Assembly: GCA_041694835.1 (NCBI GenBank)
Contig: JBGFRZ010000013.1
Location: forward strand, 1-30,653
DNA from: Ignavibacteria bacterium
Lineage (GTDB): Bacteria > Elusimicrobiota > Endomicrobiia > PHAN01
Direction of reading: 5' to 3'
DNA length: 30,653 bases
Translations under genes and position numbers: made by a program
Shown: one piece after another, positions 1-9,328 of the stretch
Layout: each line of letters opens with the position of its first letter
How positions within the stretch are numbered: position 1 is the first letter of the stretch
Notes under the pieces: generated by a model
What the model was told of the DNA's origin: nothing
Seen by the model: only the letters and a program-made list of their open reading frames with translations
The model's database searches: none

Positions 1-10
1 ACAGGATTAT

Positions 11-130
11 CGCAGATTAAAAACTTTACCGCGAAATCACGAAAATTAGAAATCACAAAATTCTTTACAAGTATTTTCGTGTTTTCGCGCTTTCGTGGTT
101 CAAATCTTTTTTCATCTGCGTTTATCTGCG
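11..130. repeat. Nested inverted repeats upstream of the surface-protein gene
   Basis: cgcgaaatcacgaaaat (30-46) pairs with attttcgtgttttcgcg (73-89) with 1 mismatch; cgcagat (11-17) pairs with atctgcg (114-120 and 124-130). Confidence 0.7.
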
Positions 131-208
131 TCCAAAAATAAAAAAGTGGTTAATGAGTTTTAGTGAAGTGTTAACAATCTCATAATAGGTATTGCAGGAA
201 AAAAATAA

Positions 209-3200
209 ATGAAGATAAAAATTAGAACCCTCCCCTTCTTCCCCTACTACATACTACATGCTATTTTCTTGCTTCTTGCCCTATCTACTATCTACTACCT
301 GCTACCTGCTAAATTACACGCCGACTGGTGGGTGGAAAATTCTACCGCTCATTTTTCCGACGGCTTTTTTTTCCGCACCACATCTACCGTTCAAACGCCT
401 GCTTTGTCCCTCAGAAGAGTTGACGACTGGTATCAAGTAGCTCAATCCACGTGGCTCAATCGCAAGCCAATCAAAATATCAAATCCTGGCGGCGCTTTGA
501 CGCAATATCAACTGCAACTAACCATAGACACTTCTGGCTACATTAGCGCCGGCAAAATGCGTTCGGACGGAGCGGATATAAGAATAACCGACGAGGACGG
601 CAAAACGTTGCTCCCTTATTGGATAGGGATTTCCACTACTTTGCTATCGACAAGCCAGACAACGCCTATATTGGTAAAAATCCCGAATATTGGCGCCACG
701 AGCGAAAAGTATATATACTTCTATTTCAACAATCTCAGCACGGGAACCTCTTTGTCTAACAGGGTTGCCGTCGATGATTTGTACGAGGACTGGGAAACAG
801 GAACGATAAATATGGCTAAATGGACGCTTGGCGGGGCAAGAGGTGCGTGGCCATACGACGCTGATTTGTTTAAGATAACCGTCTCTTCTAAGTATGAAGG
901 AAATTACGCCGTCAGGTCGGGAACGATAAATCACACCCAGAACACATTTATAGAGACGACATTGAATCTTGAGATGTCTGCAAGGGTCTCGTTTTGGTGG
1001 GCATGTTCAGTTGAACCTCTATACGACAATTTTATATTTACGATAAATGGGGCTCAACCCTCGGGTGGCGCGGCGATAAACGGCGAGGTGAGGTGGAAAT
1101 TAGAGACATTTGATTTACCACAGGGCGCCGTTACTTTAAGATGGCAGTATCAGAGGGACAGCGGTGGAGATGGCGGGTTAAATCTTACATGGCTGGATTT
1201 TATCAGTGTGCGGAAACATGCCGCATCCCCTCCAACGCTTGAATACAGACCAAACGAAGATTTCGTGGCAGGGGGAATACACACCTCTGGTTATTATCTC
1301 TCCGGTGTGTTTGATATGGGGGGAGAGAACTCCATTATTTACAGGGCGTCGTGGACGGCGACTACCCCGCCCGGAACGGGTGTGAGCATAGATTACAGGA
1401 GACACAATACATGGTTTCCCATACAAAGCGGGACGATAACATGGACCGCGAATCTGACAAATGGCGGGGTATTGAGCGGGCACTACGGAAGATTTATTCA
1501 ATACAGAGCAAACTTAACTGGGCCGGGGACAACAACGTCCGCTCTTGTTGAAATCTCTTTTGATTACAGCAAAGTTCCAATGCGGCCGTCGGGTTTTACG
1601 GGCGTTGCGGTTTCATCAACCGCCATAAGATGGGGGTGGACAGACAACTCGAATCCTCCGTTCAACGAGGAGAGCGGTTTCAGGATTTATTCCGGAACGC
1701 GAACCATACCAACATCCCCCGAGGGCTTTATCAATGACACGGCGGGATTGCTGTATGAGATACCGGCAAATGTTACCTCATACATAGAATACAATCTTTT
1801 GCCAAACACACTTTATAACCGATATGTGGTTGCATTCAACCCCAATGGGGGCAACGCTTCTTCGCGTCTTTCCGACGGCTTACTGCTTCCCGTAGGGGTA
1901 ACGACTTTTGCGCTTGTGCCCGTGGTAAACTCCGAAGTGGCTTTTTACGCCTCTGACGCCGACAAAACAGCCCGCATTGTCAGTTATATGTCTATCCCCG
2001 CAACGACACACCTTACACATTCCACTTTTAACTTTACAAGCAATATATATTCAACTGGTCCGGGTAAAGCCGCTTATTACAGAGTCGTATGGTCGACGCT
2101 CCCGACACACACATGGTTACATGCAGAAACATTATGGTTCGCGCCTACGAATTATTTGTGGAATGATTTTTATTCAGCATTTGACGAGGCAAAGCCGCAG
2201 ATTCCTATGTGGAGTCGTTTTAATTCTGAATCGTGGTATTTTCATATTATGTCATATAATAGCGGTGATGTTCCTTCCGCTTCAAGAACTTTAGGTCCTT
2301 ACTTTTTTAACGGCGCCCCCGCCCAAATTACAAACCTCGTCGCCGAACCGAACAACCTTCAGGAAGGAGCGGTAAATCTGTCATGGACGGCACCGACCGC
2401 CAACTCCACATTCACAAACATTACGGGGGGAAGATATGTCGTGAGATGGTCACCAAGTATTATAGTGACTGATGCCGCTTTTGACACATCGCCTGGTGTA
2501 ACACTATCCACGACTACTATTGCCTCAAGCAAAGAGTCGCTGCTCATTACGGGGCTAACTCCAGGCAACACATTCTGGTTTGCTATTAAAACCGCCGATA
2601 GCGAGAATAACTTTTCACCTATCTCGACAAATACAATAATTACAAATACGAGAACCACAGCGGCAAAAGTTGCAAGAATTACATTTATCACTCCGCCAAA
2701 AACTACAGAAGTTGGCGCTCCGACATCTATAATTACTTTAGAGGCGCAAAATGCCGCCGGCCAGCCGTTACGACTTTTTAATCCGCAGAATGTTAATTTA
2801 TACTCCACTTCCGGGCTCGGTGAGTTCTCTTTAGACGGAGTGAATTTCGGCATAAGTTTTGTCAACATTCCACAGGGACAAACACAAGCAAATTTTTACT
2901 ACAGAGATTTACAATCGGGCAGTCCTACGCTCACCACCGACGAATCTCCAGATGCAGGGTGGATTGCGGGAACTCAACAACAAACTATTTTGCCGGCTAA
3001 AGCAGTCAAATTTGTTTTGAATCACGATGGTGCCGGTTCCATAGGAATAGACGAAAATCTTATTATTAACGCCAACGACGGCATTAACGTAAATAACATT
3101 TCTACTGATTATCAGGGTGGTATTATTTCGCCGGCGACTCACCCGGGGATTTCGGTTGTTCCGTCCACACATATGTACACCACATCAGATGCCGGCACGA

Positions 3201-6200
3201 GGCAGTTTATAATGAGAAATAATTTGTTCTTCGCAGGTCCCGTGGTTGTTTCCGTAAGAGAAGTCATTGAGCAGAATTACAGGGCGGTGTTTTCAATAGG
3301 AAACAGGGCATGGGCTGTGGCAGATGAAGGTATAATTAAAAAAACAGTCGATAGCGGGGACCAGTGGTTTGCACAGAAATATTCTACAGGCGCTGCAAAC
3401 GGGCTCTTTGGCGTTCATACTCCTGACGGCGAAAACATTTTTGTTTCAGGCGTTGGGGGAATGATTCACATAAGCACAAATTCCGGGACATCCTGGTTTT
3501 CAAGAGCGACGGGTGTTAGCGAGCAATTAAACGACATATTCTTTGTGAACACATCGACGGGATATGCCGTCGGCAACTCGGGCAGGGTTGTAAAATCAAC
3601 TTCTTCCGGCGATACATGGACTAACCTTGGACAACGCACCGGCAATCCGCAATTAAACTCAGTTTATTTCTTGAACGCTTCAACCGGATTTGTGGCGGGC
3701 GCCGGGGGAAATATTTTCAAAACTGCCGACGGTGGCTCTTCTTGGAGCAGTATACCTGCTGGTGTCACTGATGAACTCCGAAAAATAATTTTTACCGATG
3801 CCAATAACGGACATATTGTAACAGGAGCGGGAAGAATTTTAAGAACAACCGACGGTGGCAACACATGGACATCGCAAACACCAACCGCTAACGCCCTGCA
3901 CTCTGTATCTTTTATCGATTCTTCAAGAGGCATTGTGGTCGGCGACAGAAACACTATTTTAAGAACCACCGATGGCGGGGCAACATGGATTTTTGTCAGT
4001 TCTCAACCAACGGGACAGTTTTACGGCGTAACTCATTTTTCTCCAAGCATTGCTGTCGCCGTGGGAGAAAGGGGTTCAATTCATAGAACTTCCGACGGGG
4101 GCTCGACATGGAACGAAGTTTTTATGTCGGGAATTTCCTCAGAGATGAGATGGAACGGCTTGGTTTCTACTATTACCCCGGTTGCCACAGAACTTGTGCA
4201 GGGGAAGGCAAACCAGCCGGTTTTCAGAATGGGGCTTTGGAACCTCTATGGGGGTTCATCTTGGATAAATAGGATGACCTTTTCAAGAACGGGTTCGGCG
4301 AGTAATGTCGATGTCTCGGCGGTGAGGGTTTATATAGACAGAAACGGGAACAGGGTTTTTGATACGGGTGACGAGCCTCATCTTGGTGATTCATGGTTCG
4401 ATAGTGCCAATGTCGCCAATGTTAACTTCGCCGAGCGGCTCATTACGGGGACAACCGTCCATTTCTTCGTAACCTATAGTTTGACTCCGACAGCTCCCAT
4501 AGGCCAGACACTCGGAGCGCGGCTCGATTTTGGATGTGTCTGGGCTTCTGCTGCGGGCATCGCTTTTTCAAGAAATAATCTTCCTTACGATTTTATACCG
4601 GTTGAAATTATCCCGAGTTCTTGCACCGTCAGAATGACGATTACCAATCTAACTCCCCCGACAGCAAAACAAGGGACAAAAGATGTTTTACTTTCATCTT
4701 TCAGTATGCTCACCGACATAGGCAGAACGCCGTTTCAACGGCTCAGAGTCGACAGAATCGGAATCAATACGACCGACGAATCCATAGAGAGAATCAATCT
4801 TTACAGAGACGAGATAATATCCGCGAATCTTGTTTCTTCCGCCGCTTTTTCAGGAGGCGTCGCACTTTTAAGTATTCCCCAGGACCCACTAAAGCGGTAT
4901 CCTTTTGTAGATATTGACAACCGGACCACCGCTTATTACTTTCTCACAGCGAACATATCTCCCACCTCACTGGTTTCAACTGATGTAGAAGATGTGACTT
5001 TCGGCATAACGACGCGACTTGCCACAACCTATTTCACGCTTGATTCGGAAGGCGCAAACGGGATAGTCGTAATCCCCTCAACACCGGCGTTCAATTCGGG
5101 ACTAATAAAACTGTTAGTCGCGTTTGATACGGTTTTAGTAAATCCGATTATCGCAAGTATTCCCGTCTTAAGACAGTCGGACAAAGTGGCGTTTCTTCCT
5201 CTTAGAATGTCGCTTGATGCCAACATCGCCAATTGGACGAAAATCAGGATTGACCGGCTTGGGACATCGCTTGATTCAGATATTGCAAATGTTCATATCG
5301 CCAGAGACATAAACGGCAATGGGCAGTTTGACGACGGCACCGATACAGTTGTCGGAAGTGGAAGATTTTCTAATGGAGTCTCCGACATTGTCTTTCCTAA
5401 CCCTGAGATACTTGACAGGGCACTCCCTGCTCACGCCACTTATTTTATCGTCTGTGAAATTTCAAAGAGAGCGACTGTGGGAGCCACTTTAGGTCTGCGA
5501 CTCGCAAACACTTCGTATATAACATTGGCGGGTGTTGATATCGTCTCGCCCGTCCAATTTCCAATTAATTCTGAAACCGCTACAATCGCCGACTATCCCG
5601 ATGTCGTAACGGCAAATATTAGAACAATTGCCCCTCGCGACGCTACCGTTATGGAAAAAAATGCGCCGCTCCTTTCCCTGGAACTTTTAGCATTTTGCGA
5701 TGCAACATTAAGGCGGGTCACTATTTCGCTAGAGGGCTCAGCTTCCCCGGAGAATGTTCTCGCTGCGAAAATTTATCTGGACGCAGACAACAACACTTTA
5801 TTCTCACCTGTTTCCGACACTCTTCTGGGCAGCGGGACATTTAGCGGCGATGGCAGAGCCACAATTGACCTGACTGTGCCACTGACGGTATTTGATACCA
5901 CGAGAAGAATATTTGTCGTCTATGACTTTAACGAACACGCCCCACCTGGTAGAACCGTTGGGGCAGGCATTGATTCTACAGGATTAGAATACAATGCGCC
6001 AAATACGAGCCATAATTTTGGATATGTCCGTTCGTCGATGCTCAATCTCCTTGACAAAAGAACCCCGACTCTTGCGAACGTGAAGTTCCACATAGATAAT
6101 CCGTCGGGCGCGGAAGTTGTTGCCGGCAGAAAGACATATTTTATAAATGTGAATTCAAGGATTGGTTTCAACTGGGAATCAGTGGCGCTTAACGGCGTAA

Positions 6201-7045
6201 GAGATATTGGATACGCCATAGCGACTTTTGATTTTGTCTCATCTACGCAGACACCAGATGTGAGCGGATGGAGGACGACGACCTCAAGGGAAGGAGCGTT
6301 CGACAATCTCAATTTAAGGCACAACAACAGATATTTTCTATGGTTCAGGGTAACAAGTACTGATAATTTTGAAAGGTTCAACACTTTTGAGGCGAGGGTT
6401 GACCTTACACCTCCCCCTCCGCCCGAAAAACCGACAACAACAGCGGGTGCAAGTTCTCCTTCAGTATCGGGACAAACAATTCCCGCCGGCTACTGGGTAT
6501 CGTGGCCGCCCGTAACGGACGGCGAATCCGGCATTCTTTATTACGAACTCTCTGAAAGGGTTGGGACGGGTATGTGGGTTGTCGTTGGAACCGCGACGGC
6601 GACGGAGTATTTTATAGATAGTGCCGCGCCGTCGGAGTTTTATTACTATCGCGTTCGCGCGAAAAACCTTGCCGGAACATGGAGCGCATATTCGTTGCCT
6701 TCTTTAGTCGCATTTCTTTCGCCACCCGCCAAACCCTTAGACAAACTTTCGACATATCCAAATCCGTTCGATTCAAGAAGGACTGAATGCAACATTGTAT
6801 ATATATTGAATCAAAACGCCAAAGTTGATTTGAGAATATACGACCTTTTCGGACATCCTGTGCGTCAGTGGAATTTTGATACCGGCGCGCATGGCGGCGC
6901 CATGGGTCTTAACGAACTTAAATGGGACGGCACCGACGAAAACAACAGGAAAGTCGCGATGGGGCTCTATATTTTGTCTGTTGAAATTACCACGCCCGAC
7001 GCTCAAAAGACAAGAAAGAGATGGAAAATCGGAGTAATACATTAG
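209..7045 (+). CDS. Giant secreted/surface protein: DUF2341-like domain, FN3 domains, BNR/Ycf48-like beta-propeller, repeated Ig-like domains and a C-terminal T9SS/FlgD-Ig-like sorting domain
   Basis: 2278-aa ORF. Signal peptide ends ...AKLHA. MRSDGADIRITDEDGKTLLPYWI is DUF2341-like. FN3-like segments include LSWTAP and YYYRVRAKN. Many [ST]xDGGxTW Asp-box repeats. C-terminus YPNPF...IYDLFGHPVR...WDGTDENNRKVAMGLY. Confidence 0.88.
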   Translation: MKIKIRTLPFFPYYILHAIFLLLALSTIYYLLPAKLHADWWVENSTAHFSDGFFFRTTSTVQTPALSLRRVDDWYQVAQSTWLNRKPIKISNPGGALTQYQLQLTIDTSGYISAGKMRSDGADIRITDEDGKTLLPYWIGISTTLLSTSQTTPILVKIPNIGATSEKYIYFYFNNLSTGTSLSNRVAVDDLYEDWETGTINMAKWTLGGARGAWPYDADLFKITVSSKYEGNYAVRSGTINHTQNTFIETTLNLEMSARVSFWWACSVEPLYDNFIFTINGAQPSGGAAINGEVRWKLETFDLPQGAVTLRWQYQRDSGGDGGLNLTWLDFISVRKHAASPPTLEYRPNEDFVAGGIHTSGYYLSGVFDMGGENSIIYRASWTATTPPGTGVSIDYRRHNTWFPIQSGTITWTANLTNGGVLSGHYGRFIQYRANLTGPGTTTSALVEISFDYSKVPMRPSGFTGVAVSSTAIRWGWTDNSNPPFNEESGFRIYSGTRTIPTSPEGFINDTAGLLYEIPANVTSYIEYNLLPNTLYNRYVVAFNPNGGNASSRLSDGLLLPVGVTTFALVPVVNSEVAFYASDADKTARIVSYMSIPATTHLTHSTFNFTSNIYSTGPGKAAYYRVVWSTLPTHTWLHAETLWFAPTNYLWNDFYSAFDEAKPQIPMWSRFNSESWYFHIMSYNSGDVPSASRTLGPYFFNGAPAQITNLVAEPNNLQEGAVNLSWTAPTANSTFTNITGGRYVVRWSPSIIVTDAAFDTSPGVTLSTTTIASSKESLLITGLTPGNTFWFAIKTADSENNFSPISTNTIITNTRTTAAKVARITFITPPKTTEVGAPTSIITLEAQNAAGQPLRLFNPQNVNLYSTSGLGEFSLDGVNFGISFVNIPQGQTQANFYYRDLQSGSPTLTTDESPDAGWIAGTQQQTILPAKAVKFVLNHDGAGSIGIDENLIINANDGINVNNISTDYQGGIISPATHPGISVVPSTHMYTTSDAGTRQFIMRNNLFFAGPVVVSVREVIEQNYRAVFSIGNRAWAVADEGIIKKTVDSGDQWFAQKYSTGAANGLFGVHTPDGENIFVSGVGGMIHISTNSGTSWFSRATGVSEQLNDIFFVNTSTGYAVGNSGRVVKSTSSGDTWTNLGQRTGNPQLNSVYFLNASTGFVAGAGGNIFKTADGGSSWSSIPAGVTDELRKIIFTDANNGHIVTGAGRILRTTDGGNTWTSQTPTANALHSVSFIDSSRGIVVGDRNTILRTTDGGATWIFVSSQPTGQFYGVTHFSPSIAVAVGERGSIHRTSDGGSTWNEVFMSGISSEMRWNGLVSTITPVATELVQGKANQPVFRMGLWNLYGGSSWINRMTFSRTGSASNVDVSAVRVYIDRNGNRVFDTGDEPHLGDSWFDSANVANVNFAERLITGTTVHFFVTYSLTPTAPIGQTLGARLDFGCVWASAAGIAFSRNNLPYDFIPVEIIPSSCTVRMTITNLTPPTAKQGTKDVLLSSFSMLTDIGRTPFQRLRVDRIGINTTDESIERINLYRDEIISANLVSSAAFSGGVALLSIPQDPLKRYPFVDIDNRTTAYYFLTANISPTSLVSTDVEDVTFGITTRLATTYFTLDSEGANGIVVIPSTPAFNSGLIKLLVAFDTVLVNPIIASIPVLRQSDKVAFLPLRMSLDANIANWTKIRIDRLGTSLDSDIANVHIARDINGNGQFDDGTDTVVGSGRFSNGVSDIVFPNPEILDRALPAHATYFIVCEISKRATVGATLGLRLANTSYITLAGVDIVSPVQFPINSETATIADYPDVVTANIRTIAPRDATVMEKNAPLLSLELLAFCDATLRRVTISLEGSASPENVLAAKIYLDADNNTLFSPVSDTLLGSGTFSGDGRATIDLTVPLTVFDTTRRIFVVYDFNEHAPPGRTVGAGIDSTGLEYNAPNTSHNFGYVRSSMLNLLDKRTPTLANVKFHIDNPSGAEVVAGRKTYFINVNSRIGFNWESVALNGVRDIGYAIATFDFVSSTQTPDVSGWRTTTSREGAFDNLNLRHNNRYFLWFRVTSTDNFERFNTFEARVDLTPPPPPEKPTTTAGASSPSVSGQTIPAGYWVSWPPVTDGESGILYYELSERVGTGMWVVVGTATATEYFIDSAAPSEFYYYRVRAKNLAGTWSAYSLPSLVAFLSPPAKPLDKLSTYPNPFDSRRTECNIVYILNQNAKVDLRIYDLFGHPVRQWNFDTGAHGGAMGLNELKWDGTDENNRKVAMGLYILSVEITTPDAQKTRKRWKIGVIH

Positions 7046-7077
7046 AGCACAAGAGCACAAGGCACAAGAGCACAAGG
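7044..7077 (+). repeat. AGAGCACA tandem array (left arm around four-helix-bundle gene 1)
   Basis: agagcaca agagcaca aggcaca agagcaca agg; the reverse-complement array is at 7458-7547. Confidence 0.9.
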
Positions 7078-7079
7078 TT

Positions 7080-7433
7080 ATGGAAGGGAAAGGGTATAGA
7101 AAATTACTTGTTTGGCAAAAGGCGGATGAGTTGGCAGTGGAAGTTTACATCATTACGAAAAAATTTCCGAGGGATGAAATATATGGCATAACATCGCAAT
7201 TGAGAAGAGCAACATTATCAATTCCCACAAACATTGTGGAAGGTTACGGTAGACAGAGTAGAAACGAGTTAAGACAGTTCATCAATATCGCCTTGGGTTC
7301 ATTAGCGGAGACGGAATATCTTTTGGATTTTTCTTTAAGATTAAAGTACCTTACGATTGGGGAACATGCTAAATTGTATAGTTTACATACGGAAGTCGGA
7401 AAAATATTATGGAAGTTCTACAAATCCTTATGA
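7080..7433 (+). CDS. Four-helix-bundle protein (23S rRNA-IVP / S23-like, Avd-related family)
   Basis: Motifs YRKLLVWQKA, FPRDEIYGITSQLRRATLSIPTNIVEG, FINIALGSLAETEY. Confidence 0.93.
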   Translation: MEGKGYRKLLVWQKADELAVEVYIITKKFPRDEIYGITSQLRRATLSIPTNIVEGYGRQSRNELRQFINIALGSLAETEYLLDFSLRLKYLTIGEHAKLYSLHTEVGKILWKFYKSL

Positions 7434-9076
7434 CTTATGCACTTAAGCACTTGCATTCTTGTGCTCTTGTGCTCTACCGCTCTACTGCTCTACTGCGATA
7501 CTGCTTTGCTGCTCTTGTGCTCTTGTGCTCTTGTGCTCTTGTGCTCTATGGTGGCGGGCGGCCCGGGGCTTTCCTCTCATGGGGTGCAGGCGCAAGACAT
7601 ATGGCGCTTGGCAACACCGCTGTGGGAATTACCGAAGACGCATTTTCTCCTTATTACAACTCCGCTTCGCTCGGATTCATAGAGCGCAAAGAGCTCGGCA
7701 CTTTCCATGCAATGCTCTGGGAAGATACTTCGTATAGTTATGTGGGCTATGTCCACCCGCTCCTTGATAAAGGCGCGCTTGGTTTCAACTTGATACGGCT
7801 CCATTCGGGAGCCGCTGTTATGACCGACGAAAACAATAGACAGGTCGGCGATTTTTCGTTTCAGCAGTTGGCTTTTGGCGCCGGTTACGGAAGAACCGTA
7901 TACAAAAATCTCTCGCTTGGCGCCATTGGCAGATTATTCAATACGAGTTTACACAATGCGTCAAACAACAACTTTACCGTCGACGCCGGTCTTACTTTGA
8001 AAGTAAACGATGTTTTGTCCATCGGTGCCAATTTTCAGAATATTTTCGCTCTGACCATGGGCGAGACATCCGACGAACTTCCCATTGTTTTCAGAATAGG
8101 AGGCGGATACAGAATTTTTGACGACCGGCTTAAACTCTCACTTGATGTAGGCAGAAACGGCGGCGAGCATCTCATCGATTATCATTCAATGGGACTTGAA
8201 AGCCGTCTGAACGAATTCTTCGCCCTGCGTCTCGGCAGAAATCCGCAGGAAATCACCGGCGGTTTCGGGCTAAGTTTCAAGAATTTCAATCTCGACTATG
8301 CTCTGGCATTGCACTATCTCGGCTTCTCGCACAGAGCGTCATTTAACTTTAGGTTCGGACGCCCGACGGCAGAGTTAAGAGAAATTTTGAAGAAGTCGGC
8401 CGCGGCCGTCAAACCGCTCGAAACCGGAGTTGTTCCGGGGGTTGAGGCGGCGGCGGAAGAACGGATGCAGTTGTTTCAGGAAAACTATCAAGGCGCCATA
8501 AATATGTATCGTCGAGGGCTCTTTATGATTGCCCTTGACAGATTCAAAAATGCTGCTGACATCGACCCGGATGATCCCGAGGTTCCGATATTTATAGAAC
8601 GACTCAATATGATTACCCCGATAGTGCCTCAGAACATGGCAACAGACAGAATCAGTGAACTTATGAGGCGGGGTATCGTCTATTTTATCGAAGGACACGG
8701 CCGAAGTGCGGCAATGACGCTTGCATACGCTTATTCGCTTGAGCCGGACAATTTTACGCTTATGCGTCTTCTGGGAAGAGTCGAGGAAAAAACCGGACAC
8801 AAAATCGACCGTTCACGCCCGGCGAGCGGACTTACCATCGTAGACCAGAAACACTATGAGAGTTTGATTGCCTTCAGAAAAAGGGATTATGCCCATACCA
8901 TCCGACTTTGCGAGGAGATTTTACTCCTTGAGCCCAACGACACTTTGGCGCTTAAACGACTCGGTTCCGCATTTTTTGCCATGGGCGAAAGAGACAAAGC
9001 AAAACGGATGTGGGAAAGAGCCCTTGAGATTGAACCAAATCCGAGGATAGAGAGGCTTATAAGGCAGATAAAATGA
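7430..9076 (+). CDS. PorV/PorQ-like (UPF0164/FadL-type) outer-membrane beta-barrel with C-terminal TPR domains
   Basis: GAFLSWGAGARHMALG...EDAFSPYYNSASL matches the family N-terminal motif. Alternating beta-strands end in DYA...LGFSHRASFNFRFG, followed by TPR-like helices (ALKRLGSAFFAMGERDKAKRMWERALEIEP). Start placed at the ATGA overlap at 7430; the ORF track starts at 7409. Confidence 0.82.
   Translation: MTYALKHLHSCALVLYRSTALLRYCFAALVLLCSCALVLYGGGRPGAFLSWGAGARHMALGNTAVGITEDAFSPYYNSASLGFIERKELGTFHAMLWEDTSYSYVGYVHPLLDKGALGFNLIRLHSGAAVMTDENNRQVGDFSFQQLAFGAGYGRTVYKNLSLGAIGRLFNTSLHNASNNNFTVDAGLTLKVNDVLSIGANFQNIFALTMGETSDELPIVFRIGGGYRIFDDRLKLSLDVGRNGGEHLIDYHSMGLESRLNEFFALRLGRNPQEITGGFGLSFKNFNLDYALALHYLGFSHRASFNFRFGRPTAELREILKKSAAAVKPLETGVVPGVEAAAEERMQLFQENYQGAINMYRRGLFMIALDRFKNAADIDPDDPEVPIFIERLNMITPIVPQNMATDRISELMRRGIVYFIEGHGRSAAMTLAYAYSLEPDNFTLMRLLGRVEEKTGHKIDRSRPASGLTIVDQKHYESLIAFRKRDYAHTIRLCEEILLLEPNDTLALKRLGSAFFAMGERDKAKRMWERALEIEPNPRIERLIRQIK
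7458..7547 (+). repeat. TGTGCTCT tandem array (right arm), lying inside the PorV-like signal peptide
   Basis: cttgtgctcttgtgctct at 7458-7475 and about four ctcttgtg units at 7510-7547; translates as SCALVLLCSCALVL. Confidence 0.9.
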
Positions 9077-9328
9077 CAGAGATGAGAGGTGAGAGATGAG
9101 AGAACAGAGCATAGAGCATAGAAGACAGAGCGCAAGAGCACAAGGGCACAAGTCAGAGGACAGAGAACAGGGGACAGGGGGGAGAGATGAGAGGACAGAG
9201 AAGATGGTGGCTCGTGGCTCGTGGCTCGTGGCTCGTTTCCGCCAGTCACCAGTCACCAGTCACCAGTCACTATTGCCTATTGCCTATTGCCTATTTTTTA
9301 CTATTGCCTATTGCCTATTGCCTACTGC
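9077..9328 (+). repeat. Mosaic of heptamer tandem repeats (GATGAGA, GAGCATA, GAGCACA, ACAGAGG, GTGGCTC x4, CACCAGT x4, TATTGCC x6)
   Basis: Read directly. A purine-rich half is followed by a pyrimidine-rich half that overlaps the 5' end of the FliF-FliG ORF. Confidence 0.9.

Noticed and set aside
258-6384. Numerous small alternative-frame and antisense ORFs within the 2278-aa gene (likewise within thrS, the helicase and argG)
   Set aside because: They are fully nested in long genes with clear family motifs and are typical shadow ORFs.
9077-9328. CRISPR array in the repeat-rich junctions (also 22514-22837)
   Set aside because: The repeats are 7-8-nt tandem units without constant 25-40-nt repeats or unique spacers, and there are no cas genes.
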